This document shows, in pieces, positions 1 to 11,206 of a DNA stretch of 64,000 nt; positions within the stretch are counted from its first letter, which is position 1; every line of letters starts with the position of its first letter. Position numbers and translations under genes: made by a program. The notes beneath the pieces are model-generated. The model did not search any database and was not told where the DNA came from. It was given only the letters and a program-made list of their open reading frames with translations. The DNA comes from Nitrosopumilus sp. (lineage in GTDB: Archaea; Thermoproteota; Nitrososphaeria; Nitrososphaerales; Nitrosopumilaceae), in the NCBI GenBank assembly GCA_965203315.1, contig CBDBCE010000004.1, positions 1 to 64,000 of the forward strand, written 5' to 3'.

Positions 1-1175
1 CTATCGGACTAAACTTTGTATTTATGTACTACTTTTTAGACGACTCTGATACATCCTATGCACTATTTGGTACAACAGTTATTGGTATAATGCTAGTTCC
101 AATAATACAAAAGATTACAGATCGATACACAAACTACAAGTATAAACCCGTAAACGAGATCGCTGACTCGGCCAAGTGGGGATATGCATCATTGACTCTT
201 ATGGGGATAATCAAAGGGCTCCAGTCTACAGGCCCATTCATGATCGCACTCGTAGTCGCAATAATAGTGTCATACAGTATAGCATCAGCAGCTGCTCCTG
301 TAGGCGCCGATCCAGTACTCTATGGCATCTTTGGCACCTCGCTTACAGCAATGGCGATGTTGAGTCTTGCAGGAATTGTTCTAAGTATAGATGCATTTGG
401 ACCAATTGCAGATAATGCAGGCGGTATAGTTGAAATGACAAAGATGGGTGAAGAAAATCGTCGAATCACTGACGAGATCGATGCGGTGGGAAACACCACA
501 AAGGCTGTGACGAAAGGATTTGCAATAGCTAGTGCAGCTCTAGCTGCATTGGCCATGATTCAAGCATTCCAATACGAGGCTGCACACATCTTTGAAGGTG
601 TACTAGATCTAGACTATGGTTTGACAAATCCTGCTGTAATAGTTGGATTACTGGTAGGCGGTCTAATTCCATTTATTATTACTGGACAATTGATCAACGG
701 AGTATCGCGTGCAGCTGGCAAGATGGTTGACGAAGTAAGACGACAATTCAAAGCAGATCCAAACATACTCGAAGGTAAATCAAAACCAGACTATGCAAAA
801 TGTGTTGATATCGCAACAGTTGCGTCTATTAAAGAACTATGGAAGCCAGCAATCATAGCGATCATCGCTCCTATAATATTGGGCATACTTTTAGGTCCAA
901 CTGCTGTCGCTGGACTCTTGATGGGATCAGTGGTTACCGGCATCTTTCTTGCATACCATCTAGCAAATACTGGCGGAGCATGGGACAACGCAAAAAAGTT
1001 AGTCGAGATGAAAGGCTTGAAAGGATCTCAAGAACACAAGGTTGCTGTAGTGGGTGATATAATTGGCGATCCTTACAAAGATACAGCAGGCCCTGCACTA
1101 AACACTGTGATCAAACTACTCAATACTATTGCAATAGTATTTGTATCTGCATTTGTCGCAATCATCTCTCTTTGA
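1..1175 (+). CDS. hppA: Membrane-bound H+/Na+-translocating pyrophosphatase (C-terminal part, 5' end outside window)
   Basis: Motifs DAFGPIADNAGG, GNTTKA, GGAWDNAKK and GDIIGDPYKDTAGP. Confidence 0.95.
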   Translation, partial: IGLNFVFMYYFLDDSDTSYALFGTTVIGIMLVPIIQKITDRYTNYKYKPVNEIADSAKWGYASLTLMGIIKGLQSTGPFMIALVVAIIVSYSIASAAAPVGADPVLYGIFGTSLTAMAMLSLAGIVLSIDAFGPIADNAGGIVEMTKMGEENRRITDEIDAVGNTTKAVTKGFAIASAALAALAMIQAFQYEAAHIFEGVLDLDYGLTNPAVIVGLLVGGLIPFIITGQLINGVSRAAGKMVDEVRRQFKADPNILEGKSKPDYAKCVDIATVASIKELWKPAIIAIIAPIILGILLGPTAVAGLLMGSVVTGIFLAYHLANTGGAWDNAKKLVEMKGLKGSQEHKVAVVGDIIGDPYKDTAGPALNTVIKLLNTIAIVFVSAFVAIISL

Positions 1176-1344
1176 ATATGTGTGAGACTACTAAATTGGA
1201 GTTTACGCACCTAAACGAATCTGTTGGTGGTGCATCGGAATAGATATTCATATTCATAAGTCTGTCTCGACTATTCTACTTTAATCGCTAGTGTCTGCAA
1301 ACTAGTCAAGCAAGATATAAATGATGTTTGCCAAAATTCCAGTC

Positions 1345-1524
1345 ATGTCGTCTACTATTTCACTACCCACATGTGATTGTTGTAATCGACACATTATGCC
1401 AAACGACAAATGTGTCAAGTTTAATTGTCCTGACTGTGGCAAAAAGCTCATCTGGAGATGTCAGAGTTGTCGAGAGTCAGTTCGATCATATGTCTGCACT
1501 TTATGTAACTTTCATGGACCTTGA
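1345..1524 (+). CDS. Zn-ribbon RNA-binding protein (DUF1610/HVO_2753-like)
   Basis: Four CxxC pairs; IWRCQSCR motif; sits directly upstream of EF-1beta as is usual in archaea. Confidence 0.85.
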   Translation: MSSTISLPTCDCCNRHIMPNDKCVKFNCPDCGKKLIWRCQSCRESVRSYVCTLCNFHGP

Positions 1525-1530
1525 GTAAAC

Positions 1531-1812
1531 ATGGCACAACTATTGTTAATCACAAAGATTCTTCCGCAAGGAATTGAGATCGATCTAGATGCTGTAGCCG
1601 GTGCCATAAAGACCAATCTCAAAGAGGGAATAGTCATGAAGCGACATGTTAAAGAGCCACTTGCTTTTGGATTAGAGTTTCTAAAGGCAGAGTTTATTCT
1701 AGATGACAAAGAAGGTCAGATGGATCTACTAGAAGAGTCGGTACGTTCAACGCCTGGCGTCAGCGAGTTTGAAGTCTTGAACATGAGCCGAATGTCTGTA
1801 GATATGAAGTAG
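1531..1812 (+). CDS. ef1b: Translation elongation factor 1-beta
   Basis: [10 protein letters not shown] motif, 93 aa, synteny. Confidence 0.92.
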   Translation: MAQLLLITKILPQGIEIDLDAVAGAIKTNLKEGIVMKRHVKEPLAFGLEFLKAEFILDDKEGQMDLLEESVRSTPGVSEFEVLNMSRMSVDMK

Positions 1813-1820
1813 GTGATTCG

Positions 1821-3992
1821 TTGGTACGCAAAGAAGGATCTTTGCAGATGCGTGTAGGCGAAGCAAAACAGCGCGACGTTGGTAAGAAACGCGCAAGAAT
1901 TGGACCTGACGCGATGGACTTTCTAAAGGCGACTCCAGGAGACATCATTGAGATAAATGGATTGAGTTCAAGCTGTGCTGTAGTATGGCCGGTTGATGAA
2001 GATGAAAAGTTTCAGGATATAATTAGAATCGATGGTCAGACTAGAAAAAATATCCGTGCAGCACTGAACGACAAGGTCCAAGTTAGATGTGTAACATCAA
2101 AGATGGCCAAATCGATATCCCTCGTTCCAGTACACGACTCTGTCGCAGTAGATAAAGAGTTTACAGACTTTGTAAAGAACAGGCTCAAGGGATTGCCGAT
2201 AATGGAGGGAGATGAGATATCGGTTATGATTCTGGGAAACTCTATGGACTTTAAGATCATAAAGTCTTCACCCAAAGGTGTCGTAAAGATAGATCGTTCC
2301 ACCACGTTAAACATATCTGCTGATGCCGAGATCGATCGCAAGGTTCATAGAGTCACATATGAGGAGGTTGGAGGACTAGGTGTAGAGGTCAAGGCGATGC
2401 GTGAAATAGTCGAGCTACCTCTCAAACACCCAGAGCTATTTGCAAGACTTGGCATCGAACCGCATAGTGGCATCTTGTTGTATGGGCCACCTGGTTGTGG
2501 AAAGACGCTACTTGCAAAGGTCTTGGCAAGCGAGTCTGAAGCAAACATGTTCTCGATAAATGGGCCAGAGATAATGAACAAGTATTATGGAGAGACAGAA
2601 GCCAAACTGCGCGATATGTTCAAAGAAGCTAAAGATCACTCCCCTAGTATAATATTCATTGATGAGATCGATGCAATAGCACCAAAACGTGAAGAGGCAT
2701 ATGGAGACGTAGAGAAACGTGTTGTAGCTCAATTACTCGCACTGATGGACGGATTGACCGATAGGGGCAACGTCATCGTACTGGGTGCTACAAATAGACC
2801 TGATAGCGTTGATCCTGCACTCAGGAGACCAGGTAGATTTGATCGAGAGTTCGAGATATCTGTCCCAAACGAAGACGGCAGATTGGATATCTTGTTGATT
2901 CATACACGAGGAATGCCTGTGAGTGATGAGATCGATCTAAAGGATCTCGCATCTGATCTACATGGGTATACTGGCGCTGATATCAAGTCATTATGTCGTG
3001 AAGCGGCCATGAAGTCGATACGGCGATATCTTCCAGAGATTGATCTAGAGACAGAAAAGATCTCATCCAACGTACTTCAGTCTATGCAGATCAGGTTAGT
3101 GGACTTTTATGATGCTATGCATGAAGTAGTTCCTACAGCAATGCGTGAGTTTTATGTAGAACGTCCCAAGATATGGTGGAGAGATGTTGGTGGACTATGC
3201 GATGTAAAAGATGCACTCACCGATAATCTGATCGCTGCGATCAAAGAACCGAGTCGATTTACAAAGATGGGAATCAAGCCCCCTCGTGGAGCTCTAATAT
3301 ATGGACCACCTGGCTGTGGAAAGACACTGCTTGCAAGAGCTCTCGCAACCGAGACCGGAGCAAACATGATTCTAGTTCGAGGTCCAGAGATATTGTCAAA
3401 ATGGATCGGCGAGTCAGAGAAGGCAGTACGTGAGATCTTTCGCAAGGCCAAATCATCTTCTCCATGTATCGTAGTCTTTGACGAACTAGACTCCCTAGCT
3501 CGAAACAAATCTGGTGAAGGAGGTGTAGGTGAGACTGTTCTGAGTCAACTCTTGACCGAGATCGAGGAAGGAATAACATCTCGTGTGGTTGTTGTAGGAA
3601 TCACGAATAGGCCTGATATCTTGGACAACTCACTCCTTAGGACCGGTCGACTTGATCTTACCTTGTATGTTCCACCTCCAGATGAACGAGGTAGATTGGA
3701 GATCATTGAGATCTTGACAAGAAAGATGCCGCTTGCCAAAGATATCAAACTACAAGAGATCGCATTCGCAACTCAAAATTATACGGGCGCCGATCTAGCT
3801 GCGTTATGTCGTGAGGCTGCTGTCCACGCAATGAAGAGTAACTCTACAAAGATCACTAGTCAAGACTTTGCAAATAGTCTGACTTTGATAAAACCATCTA
3901 TCACAAAAGAGATCGATCAGTGGTACACATCGGTAAAGGAAAGTATATCTAATGTCGTACCAAACTCAACAGATAGGACGTTTTACGGATAA
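1821..3992 (+). CDS. cdc48: CDC48/VCP family AAA ATPase
   Basis: N-domain plus two AAA modules with GPPGCGKT Walker A and DEID/DELD Walker B. Confidence 0.96.
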   Translation: MVRKEGSLQMRVGEAKQRDVGKKRARIGPDAMDFLKATPGDIIEINGLSSSCAVVWPVDEDEKFQDIIRIDGQTRKNIRAALNDKVQVRCVTSKMAKSISLVPVHDSVAVDKEFTDFVKNRLKGLPIMEGDEISVMILGNSMDFKIIKSSPKGVVKIDRSTTLNISADAEIDRKVHRVTYEEVGGLGVEVKAMREIVELPLKHPELFARLGIEPHSGILLYGPPGCGKTLLAKVLASESEANMFSINGPEIMNKYYGETEAKLRDMFKEAKDHSPSIIFIDEIDAIAPKREEAYGDVEKRVVAQLLALMDGLTDRGNVIVLGATNRPDSVDPALRRPGRFDREFEISVPNEDGRLDILLIHTRGMPVSDEIDLKDLASDLHGYTGADIKSLCREAAMKSIRRYLPEIDLETEKISSNVLQSMQIRLVDFYDAMHEVVPTAMREFYVERPKIWWRDVGGLCDVKDALTDNLIAAIKEPSRFTKMGIKPPRGALIYGPPGCGKTLLARALATETGANMILVRGPEILSKWIGESEKAVREIFRKAKSSSPCIVVFDELDSLARNKSGEGGVGETVLSQLLTEIEEGITSRVVVVGITNRPDILDNSLLRTGRLDLTLYVPPPDERGRLEIIEILTRKMPLAKDIKLQEIAFATQNYTGADLAALCREAAVHAMKSNSTKITSQDFANSLTLIKPSITKEIDQWYTSVKESISNVVPNSTDRTFYG

Positions 3993-3994
3993 AG

Positions 3995-4291
3995 ATGGCT
4001 ATACCACTACGAAACATAATACTTGACAAGATCAAAGAGGCAGGATCTCTCACCGATGCTGAGCTCTTTAAGATGATCACAAAAGACGATCTAGTGGTAT
4101 CTAGTGCAAAATTTAACAAGATGCTTTTAGATTTGGAGATCTTGGGACTGATCAACGTTACATGGATGACCAAGGACGAAAAGCGAGTAGAGATAGCTGT
4201 GGTGGATAGTAGGGTAGATGATGTTGAGATGGAGAACAAAAAGATGCTAGAGAGAGACTACGAGTCTAGTTTTCCTGGATTTGAAGGATAG
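3995..4291 (+). CDS. Conserved hypothetical protein (winged-helix-like), co-transcribed with cdc48
   Basis: ORF starts 2 nt after cdc48; FNKMLLDLEILGLINV pattern. Confidence 0.7.
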   Translation: MAIPLRNIILDKIKEAGSLTDAELFKMITKDDLVVSSAKFNKMLLDLEILGLINVTWMTKDEKRVEIAVVDSRVDDVEMENKKMLERDYESSFPGFEG

Positions 4292-5179
4292 TTAGTATAG
4301 ATTATAATGAAATGCTGCATCTAGCGCTACTGCTACAAATATTATCGTCAGATATGGTGCAGTAACCTTGTATGCCTTCCAAGCAAACTCGGACGTAGGA
4401 TTGTTTGTGAGTTTGTAATGGTATACGAGCATTAGTGAACCCGACGCTGCTGCAATTATTGTATACACTAGTCCCATACCATCTGGAATGAGTCCCAATA
4501 TCAGCGAATATGGCAGCAGTATTATTGTATTTGCGAGTATATACTTTGACGTCTTGTCCATACCAACCACCACTGGCAGCATTGGGACATTTGCTTGCGC
4601 ATACTCGTCCTTGATCTTCATTGCAAGGCACCAAAAGTGAGATGGCGTCCACACAAAGACCAAAAAGCCTACAAGAAACCCTAATAGATCCATGCTTGCC
4701 GTAGCTGCTGACCAACCGGCCCACGCAGCAGCACTGCCTGCAATTCCACCAATTACGATATTGGATGTGTTTAGTCGTTTTAACCATATCGTATAAATTA
4801 CAACATACGAGAATATGCCTACCGCTATAAAGAATGCCGATACTGGATTTAGTGCAACAAAGCCGTATACGACAGATATGCAACTCAGTATCATACCGTA
4901 CAGCAGTACATGCGTTGCAGATATTCGTCCAGAAGGAATCGGTCTAGTACTGGTTCTACTCATCTTTGGATCGATGTCTCTGTCATAGTAGTGATTGAGT
5001 GCGCTAGAACCTGCTGATGCGAGTGCGCCTGCTACAACTATGTGCAGATATGCCCAATAGTCTAACGGTGGTACATTTGGTACCAACATACTTGCAGCAA
5101 ACATAGAAGTAACTGCTGTTATGACCAACAGAACTACTATGCGTGGCTTTGATATCTCGATCAGTTCTTGGACTCCCAA
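4292..5179 (-). CDS. cyoE: Protoheme IX farnesyltransferase (heme O synthase)
   Basis: UbiA family: NHYYDRDIDPKMSRTSTRPIPSG, WTPSHFW, EYAQANVPMLP. Confidence 0.93.
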   Translation of the reverse strand: MGVQELIEISKPRIVVLLVITAVTSMFAASMLVPNVPPLDYWAYLHIVVAGALASAGSSALNHYYDRDIDPKMSRTSTRPIPSGRISATHVLLYGMILSCISVVYGFVALNPVSAFFIAVGIFSYVVIYTIWLKRLNTSNIVIGGIAGSAAAWAGWSAATASMDLLGFLVGFLVFVWTPSHFWCLAMKIKDEYAQANVPMLPVVVGMDKTSKYILANTIILLPYSLILGLIPDGMGLVYTIIAAASGSLMLVYHYKLTNNPTSEFAWKAYKVTAPYLTIIFVAVALDAAFHYNLY

Positions 5180-5291
5180 TCTGATATCGTCTCTCTTGGA
5201 GGCATTTAATTTGTTTCACTATCTAGAATCATGTGTCTTTGGCACCAAATTTCCAAAGGAATAAGTATATCGCTACTATCGCTACAGTTGT

Positions 5292-6089
5292 ATGAGTAAT
5301 TGGGATCTCATGATGCCAGGTATGGGACTCACTGCCATCGGTTTGGCTGGTCTCACTATATCATATGCAGATATTGCACACACCTTTATTGATGGAATGC
5401 ATGCCTTGACGGGCTTGACCATGTTTATAGGGCTGATTTTTTTGTCCGTCGGAATCTTGGACGGTGGTATCTCGACTAGCAATAGAGCCAAAGCCACAAC
5501 ATTGGTGATACTATCGATCGCATTAGGATTTGGAATGTTTGCGTTTACGATGAATACATCCAACTATACAGTAACACTAGCTGGAATATTGATGGCTATT
5601 GCATTTCCATCCATACTGATCGCATACGTTGCGATGAAACATCCAAAGTTTCTCAAACCTGTGGGATCTATTGCAGGCATTGCAGGCGCTACTGGCATAA
5701 TAGTGTGGGTTGCGTTTGGATTTGTGAGTCCAGATACATATATGATTCCACAAGCTATAGTAGTTCCTGAAGAACCACAAGAGATAGAGGTAGAGATAAT
5801 CGGTGAACTCTTTACAGTTGAGGTGCTCCCCGAATCGTCGATCAGTGGTAACCCTGGATATGATCCCGAAGATATTACCGTTGTACAAGGAGATGGGATC
5901 GAGTGGTTCAACAATGATACACTGGCTCACACTGTGACTAGCTTTGAGGACTTTGGTGAGACATTTGACTCTGGTCTGTTTGATGCAGGCGGGACATATA
6001 CACTAGTAACTACTGAGATGGATCCTATCACGTACGATTACTTTTGTAGCGTTCATCCATGGATGCGAGGAACTATAACGATCGAATAG
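5292..6089 (+). CDS. Membrane-anchored blue copper (cupredoxin) protein
   Basis: About 5 N-terminal TM helices; HTVTS...YDYFCSVHPWM type-1 Cu motif. Confidence 0.9.
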   Translation: MSNWDLMMPGMGLTAIGLAGLTISYADIAHTFIDGMHALTGLTMFIGLIFLSVGILDGGISTSNRAKATTLVILSIALGFGMFAFTMNTSNYTVTLAGILMAIAFPSILIAYVAMKHPKFLKPVGSIAGIAGATGIIVWVAFGFVSPDTYMIPQAIVVPEEPQEIEVEIIGELFTVEVLPESSISGNPGYDPEDITVVQGDGIEWFNNDTLAHTVTSFEDFGETFDSGLFDAGGTYTLVTTEMDPITYDYFCSVHPWMRGTITIE

Positions 6090-6091
6090 TA

Positions 6092-6481
6092 TTGCAACTA
6101 GTAATATCTCCCAAACAGTGTGAACAGTTAAAGCAGCATGCCATGTCCCAAGCACCAAACGAATCATGTGCTCTTTTGTTTTGTCGCGGTGATATCATAC
6201 ATGATATATTTCTAACAGAGAATGTGTTGAACTCGTCGACTAGATTCAGTATATCTCTAGAGCAGTTACGTCTAGCATACAAAATTGCAGAGACACAAAG
6301 TTTTGATACGGTTGCAATATTTCACTCTCATCCAAACTCTATCGCGTATCCGTCAAAGACTGACGAACAGTTTATGTACGTCAATCCTGTTCCGTGGTTG
6401 ATATACTCTGGTGTTACTTGCAAGTTCAAGGCATTTATTCTAGATGTTGACGTATTGGAGATTCCACTTGTTGTATTATAG
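6092..6481 (+). CDS. JAMM/MPN+ (M67) metallopeptidase; start uncertain
   Basis: PNESCA and FHSHP...PSKTD motifs. Confidence 0.88.
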   Translation: MQLVISPKQCEQLKQHAMSQAPNESCALLFCRGDIIHDIFLTENVLNSSTRFSISLEQLRLAYKIAETQSFDTVAIFHSHPNSIAYPSKTDEQFMYVNPVPWLIYSGVTCKFKAFILDVDVLEIPLVVL

Positions 6482-7197
6482 CGTACAAGTGTGATTTGTG
6501 TACTCTTGAGTTCTAGTACAACATATCAACGAAAAATAAGTTTCGACATAAATAACATGATCAAATCTTTATGAATCAAAATGTAAGGATCAAACTTTTT
6601 TTATATTTCAAGATGGAGTTTTTAATTAATCTATATCACAGTTGATCATACTGATTCATTGTTTGTGTCAGGACTCGTTTTTGGCGATATATTTTTTGAC
6701 ACATCTTTTAGCGTAAGTAACTCTAGCAATTCCAGATCTGTTCATTGCAGTTACAATAATCGATATAAAGTATACAGAACTGAGATTTTACCACACTCAC
6801 TATAATTCTCTGATAATGGAATTATCTAACCCAATAACCATTTTATGTAGACGTAATTTTCACAACTTTTCAACTCGTTCTAGTTTTCCTTTACTCTTTT
6901 ATCTCTAGATCTCTCATTTTGGAAATCCTTTAGATCTCTCTATTTCACCTAATTTGCGTAGTTTTGGAATAGATTTTGGGGGCAGGCTGTATTCTAGTTG
7001 GCAATGTAAGCTAGAGTTCAAGATTCTGGTAGACTACTTCAAAGCGGAAACCGATCATCTGGAATGCAGATTACATGTTCTACTCTTTTTGCTCAAAATC
7101 ATCAACTCTGTCAACATTTCAATTTTTTCAAAGTCTGAGATTCTACAGCGCTATAGTGGCGGATACAGTTTATTTATGCCATGGAATTAGGGTTATC

Positions 7198-7455
7198 ATG
7201 GAGATTCATGTATATGATACATACGTCAAGGCAGCTGACGGCCATACGATGCATTTTGATGTAATCACCGGTGAAAAAGACCATGAAAAAGCCATCCAAT
7301 ACGGTAAAGAATGGCTAAAGTCCATTGGTGAAGAGAATGCTACAATAACCCAGAATGAATGCCAATTCTGTCACTCACAAGGTGCCCCAGCTCCAGTTGA
7401 AGAGTCGATCAAGAGAGACGGCTACTTTATACAAAAGATGGAAGGTTGTCCATAA
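7198..7455 (+). CDS. DUF2024 family protein
   Basis: VYDTYV...MHFDV and CQFCHS motifs. Confidence 0.85.
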   Translation: MEIHVYDTYVKAADGHTMHFDVITGEKDHEKAIQYGKEWLKSIGEENATITQNECQFCHSQGAPAPVEESIKRDGYFIQKMEGCP

Positions 7456-7807
7456 TTTTTTAACCATTCTCTTTTTTTAGTTTTGGCAATTTATGGATAT
7501 TATACTTTATCCGATGAATATTTTGAGTTAGTGGTTTGGGATTTGTACATAAACATCTCTCAATCACACTAGTGGTGTGTTTCATTCGTGATTACAAACA
7601 TAATACTGTTATGTGCACATTTACAGCTCACAAACGTTATTGTTCAGATCCATAAATTTCTACAGTTGAGAGTAATGTATCTATTATGCCTAGCGAGAAA
7701 TTATAGACAAACGTAAAGTTAACCATGAGCGTAATTAAAACAGTCATACAAAAGTCTAATAAAAAATCGAACTGGGAAAGTACGTATAATTGATATCTGA
7801 CGTGAGA

Positions 7808-8899
7808 CTATGTGAAAATATCTTCTAGTCTATCCTCATTTTGTGCGCGACGTATCTCCATTGCTATGCGCCTTCCCACGCCAAATGTTGTTCCGTACTG
7901 GTACTTTGTATATGGAGTTGTAGTACCTACTATGGGATTTCCGGGAACACGTAATGATACATCATACACTACTAGATCTAGATCTTTGGTTATCACACTC
8001 TGTAGTGAGAATGGTCCAATTATGCCTGGTGGATACTCTCGTCTCACGGCGTCTACAAACTTTTCTCCCATCTTGAAGACTTTTTCTAAAAGTGACTCTC
8101 TAATACTAGCCGGAGTGTGCCCTACTTCTATATTTTGTATATCTATGTCTATCTGCTCTTGTTGTCTTGCTGGTAGTGCATTATAATCATGAATATTTGT
8201 CTGTAGTCTACGTTCTATGCCAATAAAATCTACATGATCAGATATTGGCGTATGAAAAAAGTTAAAGTTCATGTATGTACCTATTGCGAGTTCTTCAATG
8301 CTTGAATTATCTAGATCACTACGTGATATTGTACCGCTCTTTATCTTCATCTCTGATTGTTCCTTGTATTCCTTGTATGATGAGACTGTAAAGAATGCAC
8401 GTTCTAGTGGTCTGTTCTTCTCTTGGACTTTAACTATGCATGGTTTGTTGATCCTCTTTGGATCTTTTAAGATCTTTGGATACTTTATCTTTGCCTTCTT
8501 TAATAGATAGTACTGTCCCTTTTCTGCTGTTCTCTCTTCGGCCTGAAAGAGTCTTCTGTTACCAAAAATTGGAACTTGAAACGAGTCTTCGATAGTCTTG
8601 TACCCTACATATGCAGTAAGTGCACGATGTGGAATGATTACAGTGCTTGATTCACGCAATTGCTTTTGGATCTTTTGTGATGCAATATCTCGAAATTTAT
8701 CCAAGATCAGTATCTTGTCTGCAATTCTATCAAACCTCTGATATGGTGTCTCTCTTCCTCTTTGACAGATTACTGTAGTTTCAAAGTTCTCATCTTTGGC
8801 GCCATCCATAACTTCCAGTGCAGAGTGACTTCCGAGAACACCTATTCTAAGATCATTATATTTCGACAAGATGTCTCTGATCTTAGACCTTTGTATCAT
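7808..8899 (-). CDS. purP: PurP-like formate--AICAR ligase (ATP-grasp, DUF1246/DUF1297)
   Basis: GSHSAL, PIFGNR, GHTPASIRESLLE, PGIIGPFSLQ, GRRIAMEI. Confidence 0.9.
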   Translation of the reverse strand: MIQRSKIRDILSKYNDLRIGVLGSHSALEVMDGAKDENFETTVICQRGRETPYQRFDRIADKILILDKFRDIASQKIQKQLRESSTVIIPHRALTAYVGYKTIEDSFQVPIFGNRRLFQAEERTAEKGQYYLLKKAKIKYPKILKDPKRINKPCIVKVQEKNRPLERAFFTVSSYKEYKEQSEMKIKSGTISRSDLDNSSIEELAIGTYMNFNFFHTPISDHVDFIGIERRLQTNIHDYNALPARQQEQIDIDIQNIEVGHTPASIRESLLEKVFKMGEKFVDAVRREYPPGIIGPFSLQSVITKDLDLVVYDVSLRVPGNPIVGTTTPYTKYQYGTTFGVGRRIAMEIRRAQNEDRLEDIFT

Positions 8900-9514
8900 G
8901 TCTTGTGATGTGTGTATTGGATATAATATAGCTATTTATGTTTGGTTTAGAAGTATTTTTGTATTTTGCATAATATTTAGCAATTAAAGTGTAATTTAGC
9001 ATAAATGTTCGTGCCCACAACCCTAGGTTTTTGGTTATTTTGTATAGATGATGTAGCAATTGAAAATTTAATTCATATTTTAATTTTTAGATTTGAAAAA
9101 TATTTTTAAAAAATGGAAACAACATAGTTGCATATCAAAGATTCAAAAACACACTTTATCGATTGTAATGGAAAGACCTTGTTGCAGCAGTGAACACAAA
9201 CATGTTAATTCAATACTACAGTAATGTATTAAACAAGATCAAAAAACAAAATGAGATGGAATTAGGTGCAGAGTATATTGAATTAATAGATAATCTGTAC
9301 AGAAATAAGATCAAATTACACAATGGTATGACGTTAGGTCAACATATCGTTTAGGCACGAAAGATAAACTTTTTATCAAAGATCATGCATGACATCTATG
9401 ACAATCTAACATCATACCAATCCTTGTGGTGTTTCATCTTTTGAGCTAGCATCTTACAAATCACAGTATGTATAATACAAAAAGTATATATAATGATTCA
9501 ACATTATTATTATT

Positions 9515-9885
9515 ATGTCTGCTGTTATCATGACCGGTCAAAATGATCAATACGAATATCCGTCACCCCGACGTACTAATCTAGATCATATAAATGGGTA
9601 TTTGATCGAACTTGTCAAGTACAAAGAAATTAAATTAGAATCTAGACCATTGAATCATCTGATCCTTGTGTCCAAGACATTCAGATAGATTATGCAGTGT
9701 TTAATCCTGTGTATGTAGAAAAACTTGATGATGATGAAGAACAGGTAATGTATGACTCAAATTATATGATTTTAAATAAACCGTATCATGTAGTTTGGAA
9801 TGGGAGGGACTTTTGGTTTATGAAAACCGAGTCTGGTTTAGAAGGATACAGAAATAATCCTGTGGGGCCTAAGCATGAAATTTAA
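9515..9885 (+). pseudogene. Hypothetical gene, possibly frameshifted (ORFs 9515-9688 and 9697-9885)
   Basis: ATG ORF stops at 9688; a different frame continues to 9885; AT-rich island. Confidence 0.35.
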
Positions 9886-10078
9886 AGCATCATTGCGGGA
9901 TCTTTCTATGGAACTCGAAACAGACAAAAACACTATTCATGAGTTTCGACCATGTCGGGGTATTTTATATGAAGAGAAGAGACTACTTCGTGATTCTATC
10001 ATCTATATAATTCATATGGGCAAAAATGGAAAACCTACTCGTCGTGAATTGAAGGTGAAAAATAATGTTAGCGCTTGA
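9875..10078 (+). CDS. Hypothetical protein
   Basis: Overlaps neighbours by 11-14 nt in an operon-like arrangement. Confidence 0.5.
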   Translation: MKFKASLRDLSMELETDKNTIHEFRPCRGILYEEKRLLRDSIIYIIHMGKNGKPTRRELKVKNNVSA

Positions 10079-10514
10079 TGAACCAACTAATCAAATTACA
10101 AATATGGGGTATATTGAAACTATTCCTCTTAAACCAATAATCCCTAGTTTTTACAAACTTGAAGACGGTACAATTATAAGCGTATTATGTAAACTCACTC
10201 ACATACTAAAAGCCAGTACTGGTACAAAACATATGAATTTAATAATTAATGATGAGGTTCATGTCTTCGTGCCTCCTGAAAAACGGATAGTACCTAACAA
10301 AATGTCAAAAAACCCCGACAATATTATTAGTAAAGATGTTACACATGTCCCAATAAAAGAAGAGTTTAATGTCTATGACATAAACGCCGACTTTACAATT
10401 AATGTTAAAACATTAGTGAGTCAAGTTGTTAAAACAAATCAAACCAATTTACGGGGAGAGCCAATTTATAAAGTGAATTTACACCCACTTATACAAATTA
10501 AACAAAAAGAATAA
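10065..10514 (+). CDS. Hypothetical protein with internal duplicated beta-rich motif
   Basis: 149 aa; YKLEDGTII / EEFNVYDINADFTINVK halves, ends GEPIY. Confidence 0.65.
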   Translation: MLALDEPTNQITNMGYIETIPLKPIIPSFYKLEDGTIISVLCKLTHILKASTGTKHMNLIINDEVHVFVPPEKRIVPNKMSKNPDNIISKDVTHVPIKEEFNVYDINADFTINVKTLVSQVVKTNQTNLRGEPIYKVNLHPLIQIKQKE

Positions 10515-10622
10515 TTTAGTTAGGCGATTACGTACATGTCTCCGCCGTGGTGCTCAGAAAAATAACTCTGGTCAAATTTTCTTAACACTGCATTGTATTG
10601 CTCAATTTCTATACAGAATACC

Positions 10623-11016
10623 ATGGTTCAAAAATACGAAGATCTCTTTCAGGCCTACAGAAGCAGTGAACGCAAACAGATACGTGATAAGATCATAGAT
10701 ATAAAGATGGTTTTGATTCACAAACACACAAAAGTACATGCGGCAGAAATCTTTGAGGTTAACGAACTAACAATTTACACTTGGATCAACAAGTACGACA
10801 AATATGGAATTATGGGTCTAAAAGACCAACCTCGTTCTGAAAGACCACCAAAAGTATCAGATGAAATACTCGAAAAGTTGATGGATGAACAAAAACCTAT
10901 ATTTCCGTTAGAGATGAAAAACATAGTCAAAAAAAAAAAGAGACAGGGTAGACTATCATGGAGATGGTTTACAATACAGGATGAAAAATCTTGATCGATC
11001 TCCCAAAGTTGTTTAA
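10623..11016 (+). pseudogene. IS630-family transposase N-terminal HTH remnant
   Basis: AAEIFEVNELTIYTWINKYDKYGIMGLKDQPRSERPPK is typical of the IS630 HTH; frame breaks after an A11 run; no DDE domain. Confidence 0.75.
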
Positions 11017-11018
11017 AC

Positions 11019-11131
11019 GAATCTCTTAGGTTTACGTGGTGTGGTATTTCACAAGACTCTTTCTGTATTTCCATTATGGGATCTTGTAGTGTTTTCTGTA
11101 ACCTTTCTATCCCACGTAAACCAAAAGATCC
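11019..11131. repeat. ~110-bp MITE-like palindromic dispersed repeat, copy A
   Basis: Terminal IR atctcttaggtttacgtgg / ccacgtaaaccaaaagat; similar to 34874, 55611 and 59181. Confidence 0.6.
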
Positions 11132-11206
11132 AAACGATTTTTTGTACTACACGAGATCCAAATAATCAAGTAAACGATATATCTACAAAACATCCGAGAT
11201 AAGTAG

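Noticed and set aside
6490-7190. Possible decayed transposase fragments (GKLERV-like on the minus strand; ORF 6954-7190)
   Set aside because: Too degraded; no ends or catalytic motif to support a call.
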